From a bacterium (GTDB lineage: Bacteria > Bacillota > Clostridia > Christensenellales > Aristaeellaceae), in contig CAVHAH010000001.1 in assembly GCA_963633785.1 (NCBI GenBank), positions 1-30,793 of the forward strand: 30,793 nt of DNA. Direction: 5' to 3'. The position numbers and the translations under genes were made by a program. Of the stretch, positions 17,655 through 26,099 are shown one piece after another. The notes below the pieces were generated by a model. It was not told the DNA's origin. It worked only from the letters and a program-made list of their open reading frames with translations, and did no database searches. The first letter of the stretch is position 1; the number at the start of each line of letters is the position of its first letter.

Positions 17655-17909
17655 TACCCTCCGCTCAAGAATAATGAATAGTGAATTCCGAAAGTAAATG
17701 CCGCGGTGGCGGCTTCGGACGATGAAAAATTATTTTCTGCGGCATTTGTGCAGGAAATGCACGTTTCTTCGGCGAATTACGAGGCGAGGGAGCGCGAAGC
17801 AACGAAACGCCATATTCCGAAAGGCGTTGTGCCTGCCGAAGAGAGAGAAGCAATCGCGGCAGAAGCATTGCGCCTCGTTTGCGAAGTCGGACAAAAGGAG
17901 AGAACTACA

Positions 17910-18830
17910 ATGAAAAACAGCAATCTGCACTTTGAAGTGCCTTTTGGGAAGCAGTATCGCGTGATTGTGGATACCGATGCGAAGAACGAAGCCGACGATC
18001 AGTTTGCCATTGCGCATCACCTGATGACGCCGATGTTTGATGTCAAGGGCATCATCGCCACGCATTTCGAACACAAAGAAAACGAATACAACAGCCGCAA
18101 GACCATGATGAAGAGCTACGATGAAATCAATCTCGTGCTCGATTTGATGGGGCTCACGGGCGAATATCCGGTATTCAAGGGCTGCGTCACGCCTTTGGAA
18201 GATGAAACGCATTTCGTTGAATCCGAAGGCTCGCGATTCATCGTTGAAGAAGCGATGAAGGACGATCCGCGTCCGCTGGTGGTGGCGCTGCAGGGCGCAA
18301 TCACCAATCTGGCGAGCGCACTGCTGATGGAGCCGAAAATTGCCGATCGCATTATTGCGGTGTGGATTGGCGGCGAAGACTATCCCAAGGGCGGCTGGGA
18401 ATTCAACCTCTCGCAGGACGTGGCGGGCGCGAATGTGGTGTTCGCGTCGGGCTGCGAAATCTGGCAGGTTCCCAAGAGCGTTTACAAACAGGTGAATGTT
18501 TCGCTGGCGGAACTGCAAAGCCGAGTGGCGTGCTGCGGAAAAATCGGCGCCTATCTGTTCAAGCAGATGGTTGAATTGAACGATGCCTGCGCAAATATGC
18601 CGTGGCCGCACGGCGAAACCTGGTGCATCGGCGATCAGCCGACCATCGGCGTGTTCCTCGAAGACAAGGAGCGCATGAACTATACCATGCGGCATGCACC
18701 GCGCGTGCGCGAGGATTTCACCTATGAAGAACGCCCCGACGGCAAGCTGATTCGCGTGTATTATACGATAGATGTCCGCCTGCTTCTGGAAGACTTCTAT
18801 GCAAAGCTGCGCCTGAATTACGGCGATTGA
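17910..18830 (+). CDS. Nucleoside hydrolase family protein (IU-NH)
   Basis: VIVDTDAKNEADDQFAI Ca-binding motif, GAITNLASAL, WIGG, EFNL; AAGGAG RBS before ATG 17910. Confidence 0.88.
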   Translation: MKNSNLHFEVPFGKQYRVIVDTDAKNEADDQFAIAHHLMTPMFDVKGIIATHFEHKENEYNSRKTMMKSYDEINLVLDLMGLTGEYPVFKGCVTPLEDETHFVESEGSRFIVEEAMKDDPRPLVVALQGAITNLASALLMEPKIADRIIAVWIGGEDYPKGGWEFNLSQDVAGANVVFASGCEIWQVPKSVYKQVNVSLAELQSRVACCGKIGAYLFKQMVELNDACANMPWPHGETWCIGDQPTIGVFLEDKERMNYTMRHAPRVREDFTYEERPDGKLIRVYYTIDVRLLLEDFYAKLRLNYGD

Positions 18831-18852
18831 CAACGCATGGAAGGAGAAACAC

Positions 18853-18890
18853 AAAGAGGCGGTGAATCCGATGAGATTCACCGCCTCTTT
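18853..18890. terminator. Bidirectional intrinsic terminator
   Basis: 16-bp perfect inverted repeat AAAGAGGCGGTGAATC/GATTCACCGCCTCTTT between convergent genes. Confidence 0.88.
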
Positions 18891-18918
18891 ATCAATCAAG
18901 AAGGGAAGGGGCTGCGCA

Positions 18919-20352
18919 TCAATACTCTGCGCTGTCGATTACAGAGGAAATAAGGTCTGCGATTTCGGGGAACTGCTCCTGAAGCGTTGCGCCCACTTCG
19001 CCCAGAACGCCCATCAATCCCATCTGTGCGCTCTGAATATCGGAATCACTCAGCGTTGCGATATCCAGAGAATCCGCATAGGAGAGCGCCCATTCTTCGC
19101 TGTCCAACTCCGTGCGGGATTCAATCACGCGCATCGAGAAATCCGCGGACTCGTCTTCGGTTCTGTAGCCTGCGAAGATATAGCCGTCACGATAGCCCGA
19201 ATCATCATAGCCGTTATAGGTGAAGTGCAAAAGCAGATTCGCATTATCCAAAGACTGCGATGCATCGCCCGTGCTTACGGAAAAGGTAAACGCCCAGCTG
19301 TGGTCTATATCCGTGTCATAATCGGTGAAGGTCATCAAATCGATGTTGAAATCCTCCGAACCGTCCTCGGCCTCTCCGAAAACGGTAGCGGCCCATTCCG
19401 TCTGATAACCGGTTTCGGGCTCGTAGGCTTTCAGGAACTCGATATAGCCGATATTATATCCGTTCTCGGAAACGAGAATGACATGGTCTTCCGTAACGGT
19501 TTCGTTCTCGTTCTCGTAGGGAGACAGCGTGTACAGAATTTCCTCGCCGGATTCATCGGTGACTTCGAAAGTGCCATACATCGCCTCATCGGAAATATCG
19601 CTTTCGAGCGTATAGGAGGCGGTTGCGCCGTCTGCGGTCAAGGTGCCGCTCAGAGAAACGGTGTAAGACGTGAATGCGTCGTCACTGCCGTAAACCGTAA
19701 TCTGACCGTCGGCACTGACGGATTCGAGACTCGTTTCCAAATCGTATTGCGAATACATCTCGGTCACTTGTGCGATGAATGCGCTGCTCTCTTCTTCGGA
19801 GACATGCACGGGAAGCACGCATTCGCCGTTTTCATCAAACGAAATCGAATCGCTCAAAGCCAGAACGGGAATCCAGCGCCAGGAAAGCGAACCGATCTGT
19901 GCGAAAACTTCGCCCATTTGTGCGGAAGCGGAATCAAGCGTCGAACGCAGATTGAGGTTCGCAAGAATGCCCGGCAGAAGGGAAGCGAAATCAAAGCCCA
20001 AATCGTCGCCGAGCAGTTCGGAGAGCGTTTCATACGACAAGCAATAGGTGTTGCTCATGCCGTCCAGCGACAGCACAACGCCTTCCTGCGAAAACTGCAC
20101 CTGAAGCGAGGTCAGGTAGCTGTAATCCTCGCCGCCGTACAATTCAAGGCGCAGGGCCTGATCGCCGCCGTCGGTCACGAGCATTGTGGGATCAACGGTC
20201 ATGCCGGTCAGATCGAACACGGTTTCGTCGTTCACACTCAGCGTAGGATCGCAGAAGGAGAGTGAATAGTAGGTGCTCTCCTGTGCAAGGGCGCAGGGGA
20301 GAATCATGGTAAGCATCATAAGAATCGCCAATACAATCGAAAGTTTCTTCAT
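18919..20352 (-). CDS. Hypothetical secreted, highly acidic protein
   Basis: GGAGG RBS; Sec signal peptide MKKLSIVLAILMMLTMILPCALA; D/E/S/T/Y-rich mature part; no family recognised. Confidence 0.8.
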   Translation of the reverse strand: MKKLSIVLAILMMLTMILPCALAQESTYYSLSFCDPTLSVNDETVFDLTGMTVDPTMLVTDGGDQALRLELYGGEDYSYLTSLQVQFSQEGVVLSLDGMSNTYCLSYETLSELLGDDLGFDFASLLPGILANLNLRSTLDSASAQMGEVFAQIGSLSWRWIPVLALSDSISFDENGECVLPVHVSEEESSAFIAQVTEMYSQYDLETSLESVSADGQITVYGSDDAFTSYTVSLSGTLTADGATASYTLESDISDEAMYGTFEVTDESGEEILYTLSPYENENETVTEDHVILVSENGYNIGYIEFLKAYEPETGYQTEWAATVFGEAEDGSEDFNIDLMTFTDYDTDIDHSWAFTFSVSTGDASQSLDNANLLLHFTYNGYDDSGYRDGYIFAGYRTEDESADFSMRVIESRTELDSEEWALSYADSLDIATLSDSDIQSAQMGLMGVLGEVGATLQEQFPEIADLISSVIDSAEY

Positions 20353-20381
20353 ACCCATCCTCCATCGTTTTTTTCTCTTCA

Positions 20382-20410
20382 AGTATATCCGATTGCACGG
20401 TTAAAATCAA
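20382..20410 (-). promoter_or_regulatory. Putative sigmaA promoter
   Basis: TTGATT, 17 bp, TATACT upstream of the acidic protein gene. Confidence 0.55.
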
Positions 20411-20528
20411 GCATTCCGACAGATATTCGCATTTTAATGGAAGGAAGGGTGGAAAAAAGCGATTGAATCCGCTAGAATATAACCGAGGGATTCACCGTGA
20501 ATCCGAACGCCGCAGAGGAGTGAACGGT

Positions 20529-22415
20529 ATGGAAATTCAGTTTGAATGTTTGATTCCCAAGCAAAAAGAGCGCACCTATTTTACGATTCCCTTCGAGGTT
20601 TCGGAAAATGTGGAGCGCATGGATATCTATTATGAATATCCTCGGCATATTCAATATGAAAAAAACGGTGTTCGCTATGACGAAGAGGCGAATATCATCG
20701 ATTTGGGCGTGATTGCCGCAGACGGTGAATATATCGGCGCTTCCGGCTCGAATCGCAATCATATATTCATTTCGGCCTATGAAAGCTCGCAGGGCTATGC
20801 GGCGGTGCCCATTGTTCCGGGCAAGTGGGAAATTGTCGTGGGTGCGTATAAAATCGCCCCGCAGGGCGTTACGGTGAAATACCGCGTTGTATTCGAAATG
20901 AAGCGGCTTCGCCTTTTTTGCGGCGATACGCATATACACACAAAGGGTTCGGACGGTGCGCTGGACAGCGAAGAAGTTGTGGAGCTTTGCCGCAAACAGC
21001 ATCTGGATTATGCATTCATTACCAATCACAACAATTATTCGGAAAACGATTTTCTTCCCCGACCGGCGGATATCACGGTTCTGCCCGGCACGGAATGGAC
21101 GCATTACAAGGGGCATTCGGGCTTTCTGGGCGTGAAACGGCCGTATAAGAATCCGTTTTGCGTGAATTCGGAACAGCAGGCCGCCGCCATTATCGAGGAG
21201 GCCCGTTTCAACGGTGCGATGATTGTATTCAACCATCCCTTCGACAGCCCCGATTGCGGCTGGAAATGGGGCTTTGACATCGCTCCGTTCGATGCGGTGG
21301 AAGTCTGGAACAGGGCGTGGATGCATGAAAACAAGAACACCCGCTGCCTGTCCTGGTGGCATGAACAGCTTTGCGGCGGCAGGAAAATCCCCGTAATCGG
21401 CGGAAGCGATTTTCATCGCATAGGTCTGAACAGCCTGCCGGGCATTCCGTGCACCTGCGTTTATGCCATGTCACGAAGCCCCGAGGATATTCTGTCGGCC
21501 CTGCGAAGCGGTCACACCTATATCAAAATGACGCCCGAAATGCCAAACGCCGAAATAACGGAAACGGAATGCCTTTTCGGGGATACGGTTTGCGAAGGCA
21601 CGGCGATAACGGTAAAATTCACCCGCCTTCGCAGCGGCGATAAAATCCGAACCATCACGGATAAAAATCAAACGGAAACCGTCACGCCCGAAAACGGACG
21701 GGAAATGCAGCTTTGTTTTCAAGAGAACGGCGTGAAATTCGTTCGCTATGAAATTCTGCGCAAAGTCGACGACTGCGCCCCCGAAGTGCGCATTCTGCTG
21801 ACCAATCCGATTTATTTTGAAAAGCGCATCCCGAAGGGAGAAAAATTCACGGCGAATGCAGACGGGAAACCGAGGTGCTGCTGGGCCAATCCGAAAAACG
21901 AGCGATACGTTCGCTATCACGACCTGGAATGGGGCGTTCCCGTTCATGATGATTCCAAGCTCTTTGAAATGCTGATTCTCGAATGCTTTCAGGCGGGATT
22001 ATCGTGGGAATGCGTGCTGAATAAACGGGAAGGCTTTCGCGCGGCGTTTGACGGTTTTGATTTGCAAAAGGTCTGCGCCTATGACGAAACCAAGCTGGAA
22101 TCCCTCGGAAACGACCCGTCCATTATCCGAAACCGTTTGAAAATACAGGCCGCCGTGACCAATGCGCAGGTGTTTCGGGCGATTCAAAAGGAATGCGGCA
22201 GTTTCTCGGATTATCTGTGGCATTGGACGAACAATCGGGTTGTGTTTGAAAACACGAAAACAAGCTCTCCGCTTTCCGATGAAATATCAAAGGATTTAAA
22301 AAAACGCGGCATGAAATTCGTGGGGACCACCGTGATTTACGCCTATCTGCAAGCCGTCGGAATCATCAATTCACATGAAGACGGATGTTTCCTGGCAAAG
22401 GAGGTCAAACGATGA
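20529..22415 (+). CDS. PHP (CehA/McbA-like) metallohydrolase fused in frame to DNA-3-methyladenine glycosylase I (Tag)
   Basis: PHP motifs GDTHIHT..SDG, TNHN, GTEWT..GH, NHP, GGSDFH; from 21861 Tag motifs RCCW..YHDLEWG, LECFQAGLSW, IIRNRLKI, GMKFVG, HxxxC; GAGGAG RBS. Confidence 0.85.
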   Translation: MEIQFECLIPKQKERTYFTIPFEVSENVERMDIYYEYPRHIQYEKNGVRYDEEANIIDLGVIAADGEYIGASGSNRNHIFISAYESSQGYAAVPIVPGKWEIVVGAYKIAPQGVTVKYRVVFEMKRLRLFCGDTHIHTKGSDGALDSEEVVELCRKQHLDYAFITNHNNYSENDFLPRPADITVLPGTEWTHYKGHSGFLGVKRPYKNPFCVNSEQQAAAIIEEARFNGAMIVFNHPFDSPDCGWKWGFDIAPFDAVEVWNRAWMHENKNTRCLSWWHEQLCGGRKIPVIGGSDFHRIGLNSLPGIPCTCVYAMSRSPEDILSALRSGHTYIKMTPEMPNAEITETECLFGDTVCEGTAITVKFTRLRSGDKIRTITDKNQTETVTPENGREMQLCFQENGVKFVRYEILRKVDDCAPEVRILLTNPIYFEKRIPKGEKFTANADGKPRCCWANPKNERYVRYHDLEWGVPVHDDSKLFEMLILECFQAGLSWECVLNKREGFRAAFDGFDLQKVCAYDETKLESLGNDPSIIRNRLKIQAAVTNAQVFRAIQKECGSFSDYLWHWTNNRVVFENTKTSSPLSDEISKDLKKRGMKFVGTTVIYAYLQAVGIINSHEDGCFLAKEVKR

Positions 22416-23338
22416 AAATATTGGTTTTGGGAGCGGGCGTGCTCGGATGCAATCTCGCAATGAATCTGTTTCTTGCGGGAAAAGACGTTGCGCTGTTGGC
22501 ACGGGGCAACTGGGGCGAGCATATAGAGAAGAACGGCCTGACCGTTAAATACCGCTATTCTTTCAAGAAAAAGAATGCGAAAATTCCCGTTGTGCATACA
22601 TTGAATGCGCAGGATGCTTACGACATGATATTCGTTGCCGTGCGCTTCACACAGCTTGATTCCGTTATGCCGATGCTTCGGGAAAACGTTTCACGCAACA
22701 TCGTATTCGTCGGCAACAACACGAGAGCGGAGCAGTGCGCCGCCGCACTCCCCGATAAAAACGTGATGTTCGCCTTCGCAAGTTCTGCGGGGCACAGAGA
22801 AAAGGAATACGTCGCTTCGCTTGATTTGAAGAAAATCACCATCGGACAGCTGAAGAACGCTCCGTCCAATGAACGGCTGATTCAATCGGTCTTCGCCGAC
22901 ACGCCCTACAAAATCGCATACGAGCCGAACATGAACGACTATCTCCTTTCCCACGCCGCATTTATTATTCCCTGCGTTTTTGCATGCTACTACACAAACG
23001 GAAATCTGAAGAAAATCGGCAGAAACAAAGCCTATATCGAGCGCATTATCCGAGCGAACATCGAGGGCTATTCGGCGCTTGAAAAAGCGGGGCATGAAAT
23101 TCTGCCGTCCGGCGATAATAATTTCCGCTCCGAAAAGTATCATAAAACCTGCTGCAAAGTCTATAAGCTGATGTGCAGAACCTCCATCGGAAAAATCTGC
23201 GCCTCCGACCACGCCATGAATGCGGTCGGGGAAATGTCTGCGCTGAACAAAGATTTGAAGGCGATTTTCGCGAATGCAAATGCGCCCTTTGAAGAATGGA
23301 AACGCCTTGAATCGGAAGTTTCCGAATATTTGAAATAA
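22412..23338 (+). CDS. Ketopantoate reductase (ApbA/PanE)-like oxidoreductase
   Basis: N-terminal Rossmann motif MKILVLGAGVLG, LLARG, YDMIFVAVR; AAGGAGG RBS; ATGA overlap with the upstream stop. Confidence 0.75.
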   Translation: MKILVLGAGVLGCNLAMNLFLAGKDVALLARGNWGEHIEKNGLTVKYRYSFKKKNAKIPVVHTLNAQDAYDMIFVAVRFTQLDSVMPMLRENVSRNIVFVGNNTRAEQCAAALPDKNVMFAFASSAGHREKEYVASLDLKKITIGQLKNAPSNERLIQSVFADTPYKIAYEPNMNDYLLSHAAFIIPCVFACYYTNGNLKKIGRNKAYIERIIRANIEGYSALEKAGHEILPSGDNNFRSEKYHKTCCKVYKLMCRTSIGKICASDHAMNAVGEMSALNKDLKAIFANANAPFEEWKRLESEVSEYLK

Positions 23339-23339
23339 A

Positions 23340-23367
23340 GCAATACCGCCGAATTCGGCGGTATTGC
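23340..23367. terminator. Perfect 28-bp palindrome, likely terminator between convergent genes
   Basis: GCAATACCGCCGAATTCGGCGGTATTGC; no long U tail. Confidence 0.65.
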
Positions 23368-23375
23368 CCGTATCA

Positions 23376-25277
23376 TCAATTCAGCGGCTTCAGCATCAAT
23401 GCAAACAAACCGCCCTGTACGCTTCGCGCAATGAAATGCTCGTAGCGTCCCGTCTTGGTGTCGTACCAGTCGGAGAAGGCCACTCGGGATTGGGTTTCAC
23501 GCAGGTAAACGGCAATCGGCTTGAGCAGTGCATCGCGAACCTCTCGCTCCTCGCTCATGGCCGCCGTCCAGCAAATCCAGTCGGACTTCGTGTAATCCGC
23601 GCGGGAATCCAGGGGCAGACCGTAGCGGTTAATGCGCTTCACATAGCTCTCGGTTTCGTTGCGGTAGAATTCATCCGGGAACAGATTCAGCTTCAGAACG
23701 CGGTCCCAGAGCAGATTGTACTTCATGCTCCAGCCCTTGCCGTCGAGCGTCAGCGGCGCATCGCCGTTCGTGCCGACCTTTTCAAGCAGACCCTTCGCCA
23801 TTTCCTTGGCCTTTTCCAGATAGCTTTCATCGCCCACCAGACGTGCATAGCAGGCAACGCCCACAACCGCCTTGAATGCGAGGTTGATATTGTGTGCGAG
23901 ATGTCCCGCAAAATCGTCCGTGCAGAGCTGTTCGCCCGGATCCGAACCGTATTTCAGAAGGTACTGCACCCACTTTTCGGTGAGGGGGCGATATTTGTCG
24001 GCCAGTGCGCTGTCTGCGCCGTATTCACGCGCGGCTTCCAGCATAATCAGCATATTGCCCGATTCTTCAACGGGCATCTGATAGCGGTCGTCGTAAATAT
24101 CTTCGTTTTCGGGATACAGATAGATATAGGGATAGGTATCGCCGTTCTGCGCGCGCACATGGTTGAGCGCATACACCTGACCCAGCACATTCGGATAACG
24201 GCCCACATCGTGCGGAGCGAAATCAAACTTCCAAACCGGCAGGGAAGCGAATTCAAGCACCGGACGGCAGAGCGCATTCACCAATTCGGGGCAGTATTTC
24301 AGGAAAATCGGAATGGACGGATAGCTCACGTCCACCGTGCCGATGCAGCCGTTGGAATCGTTTTCCTTGGAAAGCAGCGCCATTTCGCCTGCGGGCGTGG
24401 CAATCAGCTTGTGTGCGCAGAAGGTATGCCGCCAGGCCGCCGCAATAATCTTTTCATACGCTTCGCCCTCGGCGGAAGCATCCTTCAAAACGCGCGCATC
24501 CATCGTTTCACAGCGGGAAAGCAGTTCGTCAAAGTGATTCACGCCGTAGCGAATGGCATCCGTAATCTGAAGACCGTTTCTGCGATACCATGCCTTGCAG
24601 AAATCGCCGAAATAATTGATGGAGGCAAGATCGTCATAGGCAATCACGGCAGAAGCGGCGCCCTTTGAAACATCGGCATCCAGCGCAAGGCCGTTTCCGA
24701 GCACCGAAACTTCGCAGGCGGAGGCGAGATACAGATAGCCCCAGTCGATGGTGATATGGTCGCCCGAATTGCTCAGCGGCTTCTGACATGCCTGACCGCG
24801 CCAAGCGACATTCGTGCCGTCCAGAACCAGCTTTCTGCCGATCATACGCGGGGCGATATCGCCGTCATAGCAAATGCGGTCGGAGAGCGTGAAATGCACA
24901 TGCGTTTCGTGTTCCTTTCCGTCCGTATTCTTGGCGGTAAAGCGAACGAGGGTAATCGGCATGCTCAAAACGTCCAAATCATCGGGCAGGGCGGGCGTAA
25001 CGAACTCGGTTAGAAGCTCCACGCCGTTGAATGCGCAGGTGAATGCGGTTTTCGTGGGGGAGACCTCCAAAGAAGTCATTTCCGCAGGCTCGGCTTCACC
25101 CGCGCCCAGGAAACGTGCCGTTGCGCCGTCAACGGTGAATTCGCCGCGGATGGGCTTAATCGGGCCGCACCAGTGCGTGCTGTCCGTTTCGTTCATGGTG
25201 TCGGCGGGCATCCAAATGGAGAGATACGGGTCGGTCGCAATCAGCGGCACGGCGGGAAGACGGTCGATTCTGTTCAT
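23376..25277 (-). CDS. Glutaminase-A-like protein (DUF4965/DUF5127/DUF1793 type)
   Basis: PAVPLIATDPYLSIW, SKENDSNGCIGTVDVSYPS, APHDVGRYP, MPVEESGNM, QLCTDDFAG, WSMKYNL, YTKSDW, ARSVQGG. Confidence 0.85.
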   Translation of the reverse strand: MNRIDRLPAVPLIATDPYLSIWMPADTMNETDSTHWCGPIKPIRGEFTVDGATARFLGAGEAEPAEMTSLEVSPTKTAFTCAFNGVELLTEFVTPALPDDLDVLSMPITLVRFTAKNTDGKEHETHVHFTLSDRICYDGDIAPRMIGRKLVLDGTNVAWRGQACQKPLSNSGDHITIDWGYLYLASACEVSVLGNGLALDADVSKGAASAVIAYDDLASINYFGDFCKAWYRRNGLQITDAIRYGVNHFDELLSRCETMDARVLKDASAEGEAYEKIIAAAWRHTFCAHKLIATPAGEMALLSKENDSNGCIGTVDVSYPSIPIFLKYCPELVNALCRPVLEFASLPVWKFDFAPHDVGRYPNVLGQVYALNHVRAQNGDTYPYIYLYPENEDIYDDRYQMPVEESGNMLIMLEAAREYGADSALADKYRPLTEKWVQYLLKYGSDPGEQLCTDDFAGHLAHNINLAFKAVVGVACYARLVGDESYLEKAKEMAKGLLEKVGTNGDAPLTLDGKGWSMKYNLLWDRVLKLNLFPDEFYRNETESYVKRINRYGLPLDSRADYTKSDWICWTAAMSEEREVRDALLKPIAVYLRETQSRVAFSDWYDTKTGRYEHFIARSVQGGLFALMLKPLN

Positions 25278-25308
25278 TTTTTATTACCTCGTTTCTTTAA
25301 TTTATTAT

Positions 25309-25818
25309 TTAAGACACTGATGCTTTTGACAACAGCATTATCAAAAGCCCTACCGGCAAGGCAATCACGGCCTGGGTGAACATTCCGATTACCGCATATT
25401 TGATATGGTGCCAATAATCGTGATAGGCCTCCGTCAAATCCTCGGTTCCGGGAATAATCATTCGCTTGCTGTGGCAAAACCAAAGGCAATCCACGACCAA
25501 CGCATCAAACCACATTTCCGCCACCCACATGATATAGCCGTGAAGCCATCCTTCGAAGAATGTGCGGGCGCCGCCGATAAAATACGCCAATGCCGTTTGC
25601 AGAAAGATGTATCCGATGAAGAACCCCAGCTTGCCGATGGTTGCCCTTTTCGTCAGCTTCCCGGAGTTTTCCCGTATCAAACCAAGCTCCCTGCAACGGT
25701 CCTGTATGGCCTTCGGGTATTCCTGAATGATGCCGAGCTTGCCCTTTTTCGCCATGTTGATTCCGCAAATCGTGAAAACGACAATATTAAAAATCACTAT
25801 TTCAACGAAGTAATTCAT
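25309..25818 (-). CDS. Hypothetical membrane protein (about 4 TM segments)
   Basis: AAGGAGG RBS; hydrophobic helices; YPKAIQ and WFCHSKRMIIPGTED..YHDYWHH segments. Confidence 0.75.
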   Translation of the reverse strand: MNYFVEIVIFNIVVFTICGINMAKKGKLGIIQEYPKAIQDRCRELGLIRENSGKLTKRATIGKLGFFIGYIFLQTALAYFIGGARTFFEGWLHGYIMWVAEMWFDALVVDCLWFCHSKRMIIPGTEDLTEAYHDYWHHIKYAVIGMFTQAVIALPVGLLIMLLSKASVS

Positions 25819-25864
25819 ATTGCCTCCTTGCTTCAACCGTTTCGAAATCTATCGGGCGGTTTGA

Positions 25865-26098
25865 TTATTCTTCGAATGCAATGGCCGCCGCCGCAGTATT
25901 CAGATAATTCATCAGATCCTCTTCGGAAAGGAGACTGCTTGAATCGTTCACATAGAAACTGATAATGCAGGCAACGTAACAGGAATCGTCAATCGGGAAA
26001 TAGCAAATGAGCGATTGCTCATAAGCCGTTCCGCCCTGCTCGTCTTCATAACTGCAGGAATAATGGAAGTAAGAAGCATCTTTTCCGGCAACGGCCTG
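25865..26098 (-). pseudogene. Headless 77-codon gene remnant (3' end of an acidic protein)
   Basis: Open frame QAVAGKDASYFHYSCSYEDEQGGTAYEQSLICYFPIDDSCYVACIISFYVNDSSSLLSEEDLMNYLNTAAAAIAFEE-stop with no 5' start codon or RBS, abutting the purF stop. Confidence 0.6.
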
Positions 26099-26099
26099 A

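Noticed and set aside
23351..23361. AATTCGGCGG match to the hairpin-element 5' arm
   Set aside because: Only about 10 nt, part of an unrelated perfect palindrome; no further similarity
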